Positions 57,746 through 64,000 of a stretch of DNA of 64,000 bases are shown piece by piece. Location of the stretch: contig JBFFBV010000002.1 of NCBI GenBank assembly GCA_041560205.1, positions 22,278 through 86,277 on the forward strand. The letters are read 5' to 3'. Each line of letters begins with the position of its first letter. Positions within the stretch are counted from its first letter, which is position 1. Made by a program: the position numbers and the translations under genes. The notes under the pieces were generated by a model, which made no database searches, had not been told where the DNA came from, and saw only the letters and a list, made by a program, of their open reading frames with translations. This stretch comes from Candidatus Sulfomarinibacter sp. Its GTDB lineage: Bacteria; Acidobacteriota; Thermoanaerobaculia; Thermoanaerobaculales; Sulfomarinibacteraceae.

Positions 57746-58858
57746 TCAATCCAGCGACAGCACCTTCCTCGCGACCTCGATCATGTCCCCCTTCGCTTGC
57801 ACGAGCATCTTGAGGTCAGAACCCATGCCTTCCGGATCGAGCAGGCGCTTGACCTCCTGACGGGCCGAAACCGTCGTCGCGTCGAGGTCGGCTTCCATTC
57901 CGAGGCCTCGAGATTCGAGCTCCTGTTCGAGGCCCGAACGAATCAGAAACTCCGCCAACGGCCAAAGCTCAATTTCGGTCCATTTGGCAGCCGATGCCGC
58001 GACTCGCAGATCGTCCCAGTTGACATGAGCGGTGAGATCGACCTCTCCCGGAGCGATCAACGGGTCCCGACCCAACTGGTGGCGGCGAAAGGTCGTTAAC
58101 GAACCTCCGCCCCTCCCCCTGGCATCGTAGAGCCTCCGCGCCTCGTACCCGTAATCCAAAACAAGGCTCGCGCCGTTGCCCCCGGCCATGGTGAGCAACC
58201 GGGAGTGCAAGGGTGCGGCGTCCAGGTTTGCCTCGGCAATCTGACCCTCCTCGATCTCGATGCCGTGGCTCGCGAAGTACGCCTCGACCTCGGGACGAGC
58301 CGGACGACGTCTCCACGCCAGCCCGCCTGAATCCACGCCAAGCGCCATCTCTGCCAAGCCCCCGCGGTCACCCGCGACCCGCACGACAGGGAGTGCGTCA
58401 TACAGCTCGGACGCGTGAACGACGGTGGCTTCCGTCAGAGCCTCGATCTCCCGTTCGTTCCCCGCCCAGCGAACAGGCACAACCGCGCCAGCCAGTCGCG
58501 CTTTTTGGAGATCGCGCATCGATGGCGAGCGCTCGATCGAGGTCACCTCTCCCAGCACGTCCGGCACCTTCGGGCCGAGGGCCTCGAAGAGACCGGAGAT
58601 CAGTGCCCCGTCCCCTGATGCGAGATCAATCAGGTGAAGCGGTCCGGTCGCGGCGGAAATCGAGGTCAGCAGACGCGCAAGCACTCTCGCGTACCACTCG
58701 GAAGCCGTCGGCGCGGTCAGAAAATCGCCCCCACGACCGCAGCGCGGCTCAGCGCGCGAGTAGTAACCGTGCTGCGGGTGGTAGAGGGCGAGCTCCATGA
58801 AGACGTCGAAGGTGACCTCGCCGCCTCGGGCCTCGATCTCATCAACGATCCAGGACAT
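57746..58858 (-). CDS. SAM-dependent methyltransferase, MidA/NDUFAF7 family
   Basis: FMELALYHP..GYY, GDFLTAP, ELYDALPV, DYG, DLTAHVNW and L..P.GMG motifs. Confidence 0.88.
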   Translation of the reverse strand: MSWIVDEIEARGGEVTFDVFMELALYHPQHGYYSRAEPRCGRGGDFLTAPTASEWYARVLARLLTSISAATGPLHLIDLASGDGALISGLFEALGPKVPDVLGEVTSIERSPSMRDLQKARLAGAVVPVRWAGNEREIEALTEATVVHASELYDALPVVRVAGDRGGLAEMALGVDSGGLAWRRRPARPEVEAYFASHGIEIEEGQIAEANLDAAPLHSRLLTMAGGNGASLVLDYGYEARRLYDARGRGGGSLTTFRRHQLGRDPLIAPGEVDLTAHVNWDDLRVAASAAKWTEIELWPLAEFLIRSGLEQELESRGLGMEADLDATTVSARQEVKRLLDPEGMGSDLKMLVQAKGDMIEVARKVLSLD

Positions 58859-58907
58859 GGGGAGATAGTAACCCGGGGGAGCGCTTCCTGCGTCGACGAC
58901 TCCCAGT

Positions 58908-59046
58908 GAGGAGTGCTTGGGTGCGTCATCGACACAGGAGCCACCTTGAGCATTGTTCGCCCGAGACGCGTCGCGTGATTTCGGGGCGACACGTTCGAAC
59001 AATGCAAAAGATGGCACCCCGCACGTCGATGCGATTCGCACTCTTG
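58908..59046. repeat. Palindromic element family A, copy 6 (reverse orientation)
   Basis: Arms GGAGCCACCTTGAGCATTGTTCG (58937-58959) / CGAACAATGCAAAAGATGGCACC (58996-59018); outer ends GAGGAGTGC / GCACTCTTG. Confidence 0.8.
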
Positions 59047-59060
59047 ATGGGCGGGGGTCC

Positions 59061-59197
59061 GGGAAGCGCTTCTCGCATCGGTGTGTCAGGTGCCACCCGT
59101 CGCATTGTTTGATGTACCGCGCTCACGGCGGACTCGCACTGAGGGCAAACAATGCGACGAGTGGCACCGGTGTCGTCGAAGCGGCCAAGCGCTCCTC
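59061..59197. repeat. Palindromic element family A, copy 7
   Basis: Arms GGTGCCACCCGTCGCATTGTTTG (59089-59111) / CAAACAATGCGACGAGTGGCACC (59146-59168); right flank GGTGTCGTCGAAGCGGCC is identical to copy 1. Confidence 0.9.
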
Positions 59198-59232
59198 AAG
59201 AGGCCACGTTTCAATCTTGAAACACAAAACCC

Positions 59233-59261
59233 TTGCTTCAGCGGGTCCTATGTGCTATAAA
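59233..59261 (+). promoter_or_regulatory. sigma70 promoter of the rimP-nusA-infB operon
   Basis: TTGCTT, 17-nt spacer, TG-c-TATAAA. Confidence 0.65.
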
Positions 59262-59283
59262 ACCCGCTGCTGCTTTCGACTGG

Positions 59284-59311
59284 AAAGTGGGCCCGAGGCC
59301 CACTTTTTTTT
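59284..59311 (+). terminator. rimP leader attenuator hairpin
   Basis: AAAGTGGGC-ccgag-GCCCACTTTTTTTT between the promoter and rimP; matches the GGGC/GCCC rimP-leader pattern. Confidence 0.75.
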
Positions 59312-59328
59312 CTGCAGCGGGGAGAGAG

Positions 59329-59817
59329 ATGAAGCTGGAGAAGGATGTGCAGGATCAGCTTGCCGCCATCGTGGCGGACGAGGGGCTCGAGCTCGTCGCG
59401 ACAGAGGTCGTGGGCTCCGGGCCGAAGACCATCCTGCGCCTGGTCGTCGACGGTCCCGAGGGGGTCAACCTCGACCAATGTGCATCGGTGTCACGGCAGG
59501 CCTCGGTCATGCTCGATGTCGAAGACCCGATCAGGCACCACTACACGCTCGAGGTTTCGTCACCGGGTCTCGACCGCAAGCTCTATCGGGACAATGATTT
59601 CGAGCGTTTCGTCGGCCACCGCGTAATGATCCGCATGGCGCCGTCATACCGCGAATACCGAACGGTCCGAGGCGAGCTGCTCGGCAAACGCAACGACGCC
59701 GTTCGAGTATTCGACGACTCCGGTCAGGAGATCGAGCTCCCGATCAGCGAGATCTTCGAGGCGCGCCTCGAAGTCGATTGGACCTCGGTCATGAAGGAAG
59801 GGAAAGCCCGTTCATGA
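59329..59817 (+). CDS. rimP: Ribosome maturation factor RimP
   Basis: GVNLDQC..VSR...LDVEDPI...YTLEVSSPGLDR. Confidence 0.95.
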   Translation: MKLEKDVQDQLAAIVADEGLELVATEVVGSGPKTILRLVVDGPEGVNLDQCASVSRQASVMLDVEDPIRHHYTLEVSSPGLDRKLYRDNDFERFVGHRVMIRMAPSYREYRTVRGELLGKRNDAVRVFDDSGQEIELPISEIFEARLEVDWTSVMKEGKARS

Positions 59818-61262
59818 AGCTCGACATCAATATGCTCGTACGGCAGATGGCCGCCGAACGCGACATCGAGGCCCAAACCCTGGTCGAAGCCGTGGCCGAG
59901 GCGATCTCTTCGGCGGCGCGCAAGCACTACAAAGAACGCAACGTCCACACCGATATCGACGTCGAGACCGGCGAGGTCCAGTCGTGGACGACCCGTGACG
60001 TGGTCGAGGAGGTCGAGGATCCGGAAATCGAGCTGACCCTCAATGAGGCGCAGGCGATCGATCCCTCCGCGGAAATCGGAGGTATCGTCAAGCTCGAGGC
60101 CCTCGACACATCGGTGCTCGGCCGGATCGCCGCACAATCGGCCCGCCAGGTGCTGTTCCAGCGGGTACGCGAGGCCGAGCGGGCCGTGGTCTACAGAAAC
60201 TACTCCGGCCGCGTCGGCGACATGATCAACGGCATCGTCAAGCGCATGGACCGGGGAGCGCTGATCGTCGAGCTCGGCGATACCGAAGGCATCATCCCGC
60301 GCAGCCATCAGGTCCGCCACGAGCGCTACAGCCAGGGGGACCGCGTTCGCGCAGTGGTGGTGGACGTGACGATGGATGCCAACCGTCCGCAGGTCGTGCT
60401 TTCTCGGACGTCACCCATGCTCCTCGAGAAGCTCCTCGAGATGGAGGTGCCCGAGATCTACGACGGCACGGTCATCATCAAGATCTGCGTGCGCGAGCCG
60501 GGCGAACGCGCCAAGGTGGCGGTCTTCTCCAAGGACAGCGATGTGGATCCGGTCGGAGCCTGCGTGGGCCTCAAGGGTTCGAGAGTCCAGGCCATCACCA
60601 GGGAGCTCAAGGGCGAGAAGATCGACATCATCCCCTACAACAATGACCTCGTCACCTTCGCCCAGAACGCACTGTCGCCGGCAAAGATCAACCGGGTGGC
60701 GGTGCGCGAGGAGCCGATCACCGTCGTGCTTCGCGACGAGGACGGCCAACCGATCCTGGACGAGAACGGCGAAGAGCTGAAAGAAGAGAAGAAGGAGGTC
60801 GTGCTGGACGTCATCGTCGGCACCGAGCAGCTGTCGCTGGCGATCGGTAAGCGCGGCCAGAACGTGCGGCTGGCCTCGAGGCTTCTCGATTGCCGCATCG
60901 AGATCAAGAGCCAGGAGGCGGTGAAGGACGAGCTCGCTTCGGCGTTGGCGACGATGCTGCGCGAGATGGAGGGCATCTCCGAGGACGACGAGATCCCTGA
61001 GCTCGAGACAGTTACCGAATCCGTTTCGTATGACGAGATGATCCCCCTCGAGGAGATGGAAGCGCTCACCGACCGCCTGCGCGAGCGCCTCCAGGGGCAC
61101 GGCATCCACACCACCCAGGACCTCCTGGCCAAGGATGCAGAGGAGTTGTCGACGATCCCCGGTATCGGGCCCGTCACCGCTCAGAAGCTCCTTGAGATGG
61201 CCAGGGAGACCCTCGAAGCGAATCTCGCCGAGGCAGCGGAGTCCGCGGTCGGGGAGGAGTGA
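59814..61262 (+). CDS. nusA: Transcription factor NusA
   Basis: GRIAAQSARQ, S1 domain, EVPEIYDG, REPGERAKVAV and LSLAIGKRGQNVRLA motifs; C-terminal HhH. Confidence 0.97.
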   Translation: MKLDINMLVRQMAAERDIEAQTLVEAVAEAISSAARKHYKERNVHTDIDVETGEVQSWTTRDVVEEVEDPEIELTLNEAQAIDPSAEIGGIVKLEALDTSVLGRIAAQSARQVLFQRVREAERAVVYRNYSGRVGDMINGIVKRMDRGALIVELGDTEGIIPRSHQVRHERYSQGDRVRAVVVDVTMDANRPQVVLSRTSPMLLEKLLEMEVPEIYDGTVIIKICVREPGERAKVAVFSKDSDVDPVGACVGLKGSRVQAITRELKGEKIDIIPYNNDLVTFAQNALSPAKINRVAVREEPITVVLRDEDGQPILDENGEELKEEKKEVVLDVIVGTEQLSLAIGKRGQNVRLASRLLDCRIEIKSQEAVKDELASALATMLREMEGISEDDEIPELETVTESVSYDEMIPLEEMEALTDRLRERLQGHGIHTTQDLLAKDAEELSTIPGIGPVTAQKLLEMARETLEANLAEAAESAVGEE

Positions 61263-61268
61263 GGAAGC

Positions 61269-63887
61269 ATGGAGCAGCTTCGAGTCGTCGACCTTGCCCA
61301 CACCATGGGCATCACATCGCGCGAGCTGATTTTCAAGCTTCGCTCGATCGGAGTCACTGTGGCCAGCGAGGAGGACACCCTCGATCTGGCGACGGTGCGG
61401 GCGATCATCACGGGTGAGACCTTGCAGCGGCGCCCGCGCGAGGTCATCGTCCGGCGCGAGAAAAAAGAGGAAGAGACAGCCACCGTTTCGGCGAAAGACC
61501 GTCTCGCACGCCGGCGCAAACGGCAGGTCATCGAAACCGAGAAGGAAATCAAGGAAGTCATCGCCGAGCCCAAGACCGCAGAGGACGAGGTCGAGGTAGC
61601 GTTGGCCGAGGAGGTCGTCGCGGGGGGGGAGGTTTCGGAAGTCGAGGCCCTTCCTGTCGAGGCGGAGATCGAGGAAGAGATCGAGCCCGAGCTCGAGATC
61701 ACCGAGGAGGAGATCACCGCCGAGCGCCAGGTTTCGGATGACGAGGAATCCCCGCAGAGAGTTCGCCCCGCCAGGGCCAAGACGCCGCTCGAACAGAGCT
61801 TGCGCGAGCTTTCCGAAGACGAGATCCGCCAGCGCCTCGCGGACCAGAAAGAGGCCGACAAGCGGCGCAAGACCGAAAAGGTCGCGGATAGGGGAGCTGG
61901 CCGCAAGGCAAAAGCTGCAGCGGATGCCAAGGAGATCCGTGATCTGCTCAACAAGTTCGAGGAGCAGAAGCTCAAGGGTCAGGAGGAGGCGAAGCCCCCG
62001 ACCCGTCCGGCACCACGTCCGGGGGCTGGTCGGCCGAGCAAGAAGGCCCGTCGACGGCGGCAGGACGAGGAGCGCCGTGCCGCACCGCCGAAACCCACAC
62101 GGACGATTCAGTTCAAGGACGAGAAGCCCGAAGGTCCCATCATCCTTTCCGAGATGGTGACCGCGCGCGAGCTGGCCGAGAAGCTCAACGTCACCGCCAA
62201 GGACCTTCTCGGCCTTTTGATCCAAAAAGGCGTCATGGTGACGACCAACCAATCGCTGCCGCACGAGCTCGCCGAGGAGATCTGTGCAGACCTCGAAATC
62301 GAGGCCATGGTGGCCTCGGCGGAGGAGCTCATCGAATACGAGCGCGAAGAAGCCGCCGATGTCGCCGGGCCGGAGGAGTCACGTCCACCGGTGGTCACGG
62401 TCATGGGCCACGTCGATCACGGAAAAACCTCGCTGCTCGACGCGATCCGCTCGAGCCGCGTCGCCGAGCAGGAGGCGGGTGGAATCACCCAACACATCGG
62501 TGCTTCCCGGATTGAAAGCTCTGACGGAAGAACCGTGGTCTTTGTCGACACACCGGGTCACGAGGCTTTTACCCAAATGCGCGCCCGCGGCGCGCAGGTG
62601 ACCGACATCGTCATCCTGGTCGTGGCCGCGGACGACGGCGTGATGCCTCAGACCAAGGAGGCCATCACCCACGCCCGCGCCGCCAACGTCCCGCTGATCG
62701 TCGCCATCAACAAGATCGACAAGGCAAACGCGAATCCCGATCGAGTGAAACAGCAGCTGGCAGAATTTGACGTCCTGGTCGAGTCATGGGGCGGCGACGT
62801 CCCTTCGGTGGATGTTTCGGCAAAGAAGAACCAGGGACTCGACGACCTCCTCGATATGATCCTGCTGGTCGCGGAGCTCAAAGAGCTCAAGGCCGTCGCC
62901 GAAGGCCCGGCCCGAGGAGTCGTCCTCGAGGCACGCAAGGAGAAGGGTCGCGGCATCGTCGCGACCGTCCTCATCCAACAGGGGAATCTCAAGGTTGGTG
63001 ATTACTTCTTCTGTGGGTCCACCTGGGGACGCGTCCGCGCCATCGCCGATGACACTGGCGATCGTATCGAATTTGGTGGGCCATCGGTTCCCGTGGAGCT
63101 CACGGGTTTCGAGGACGTCCCGGCCGCCGGTGACATCCTGCAGGGTACCGAGAGTGAGGCCAAGGCCCTCGAGGTCGCCAGCTACCGCAGCCAGCGCGAC
63201 CGCGAGGAAGGGTTGTCGGCGACCAGAAAGGTCTCGCTGGACAACCTCTTCGACACGATCTCGGAATCAGAGATTCAAGAGCTTAACGTGGTTATCAAGG
63301 GCGACGTCCAGGGCTCGGTCGAGGTCCTTCGCGAAACTCTGATCAGTCTCGGCACGGAAAAAGTCAAAATCAACGTCCTCCAGGGTTCGGTGGGTGCGAT
63401 CACGACCAACGACGTCATGCTCGCTTCGGCGTCCAACGCGATCATCATTGGATTCGCCGTCCGCCCCGAGCGCACCGCCCGAGAGCTCGCCGAAACCGAG
63501 CAGGTCGACATCAGACTCTACACCGTGATCTATGACCTCGTGGACGACATCCGGAAAGCGATGGTCGGGCTCCTCGAGCCCGAGTACCGCGAGGAAGAGC
63601 TCGGCCACGCCGAGGTGCGGGAGATCTTCAAAGTTCCGAAGATCGGCGCCATCGCAGGCAGCCACGTGATCGACGGTGTCATCACCCGTTCGGCCAAGGT
63701 GCGTTTGCTGCGCGATCACGTGGTGATCTACGAGGGTGAGCTCGCCTCGCTGAAGAGGTTCAAGGACGACGCGTCCGAGGTCCGTGAGGGATTTGACTGC
63801 GGTATCGGCCTCGCCCGCTATCAGGACATCAAGGAAGGTGACATCATCGAGGCCTACAAGATGGTGGAAATCGCGCCGGAGCTCTGA
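61269..63887 (+). CDS. infB: Translation initiation factor IF-2
   Basis: RPPVVTVMGHVDHGKTSLLD, DTPGHEAF, NKID and SLKRFKDD motifs. Confidence 0.98.
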   Translation: MEQLRVVDLAHTMGITSRELIFKLRSIGVTVASEEDTLDLATVRAIITGETLQRRPREVIVRREKKEEETATVSAKDRLARRRKRQVIETEKEIKEVIAEPKTAEDEVEVALAEEVVAGGEVSEVEALPVEAEIEEEIEPELEITEEEITAERQVSDDEESPQRVRPARAKTPLEQSLRELSEDEIRQRLADQKEADKRRKTEKVADRGAGRKAKAAADAKEIRDLLNKFEEQKLKGQEEAKPPTRPAPRPGAGRPSKKARRRRQDEERRAAPPKPTRTIQFKDEKPEGPIILSEMVTARELAEKLNVTAKDLLGLLIQKGVMVTTNQSLPHELAEEICADLEIEAMVASAEELIEYEREEAADVAGPEESRPPVVTVMGHVDHGKTSLLDAIRSSRVAEQEAGGITQHIGASRIESSDGRTVVFVDTPGHEAFTQMRARGAQVTDIVILVVAADDGVMPQTKEAITHARAANVPLIVAINKIDKANANPDRVKQQLAEFDVLVESWGGDVPSVDVSAKKNQGLDDLLDMILLVAELKELKAVAEGPARGVVLEARKEKGRGIVATVLIQQGNLKVGDYFFCGSTWGRVRAIADDTGDRIEFGGPSVPVELTGFEDVPAAGDILQGTESEAKALEVASYRSQRDREEGLSATRKVSLDNLFDTISESEIQELNVVIKGDVQGSVEVLRETLISLGTEKVKINVLQGSVGAITTNDVMLASASNAIIIGFAVRPERTARELAETEQVDIRLYTVIYDLVDDIRKAMVGLLEPEYREEELGHAEVREIFKVPKIGAIAGSHVIDGVITRSAKVRLLRDHVVIYEGELASLKRFKDDASEVREGFDCGIGLARYQDIKEGDIIEAYKMVEIAPEL

Positions 63888-63894
63888 ACGACAA

Positions 63895-64000
63895 TTGGGC
63901 GGAGAAATCTATATCGGCGTTGCGCACCTGGAGCTGCACATCCCGGAGGCGCGGAGCCTCAAGGCCAAACGCTCACCGGTGCGTAGCCTCATCGAGAAGA
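63895..64000 (+). CDS. DUF503 (YlxP-like) protein, truncated by window edge
   Basis: IYIGVAHLELHIPEARSLKAKRSPVRSLIEK immediately after infB, the usual position for DUF503. Confidence 0.75.
   Translation, partial: MGGEIYIGVAHLELHIPEARSLKAKRSPVRSLIEK

Noticed and set aside
4546-59168. Family A as a dispersed CRISPR-like repeat/spacer system (unpaired loops mostly 34-37 nt)
   Set aside because: The repeats are inverted rather than direct and are not arrayed, no cas genes are present, and the loops are diverged homologs of one another (copies 1, 3 and 6 align) rather than unique acquired spacers.

Overview
This is a high-GC bacterial chromosomal window, mostly housekeeping. Gene content (RomR-like regulator, spoVG inside the ispE-tRNA-Gln-prs-rplY-pth block, DUF5916) suggests a diderm such as an Acidobacteriota or Deltaproteobacteria-like organism; that placement is inference only. 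Genes include an RND efflux pair, argR-argG-argH, ugd with a DegT aminotransferase and a GT4, a DEAD-box helicase, SulP-rhodanese, queG, infC, recO, birA, dsbD-like, ffh-rpsP-khpA-rimM-trmD, trxA, proS and rimP-nusA-infB. No transposase, integrase, CRISPR array or rRNA was seen. Four things stand out. (1) A eukaryote-type GT29 sialyltransferase resembling vertebrate ST3Gal I/II across its catalytic domain, broken by two in-frame stops and therefore split in the ORF track. It lies with a radical SAM/SPASM gene and a DMT/EamA transporter between two copies of a palindromic repeat. (2) Several families of dispersed intergenic palindromic elements. In the main family the two arms co-vary within each copy, and in two families the central loop appears flipped relative to the flanks. 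(3) A pseudopilin + HD-GYP + two paralogous membrane proteins operon. (4) Many apparently leaderless genes.
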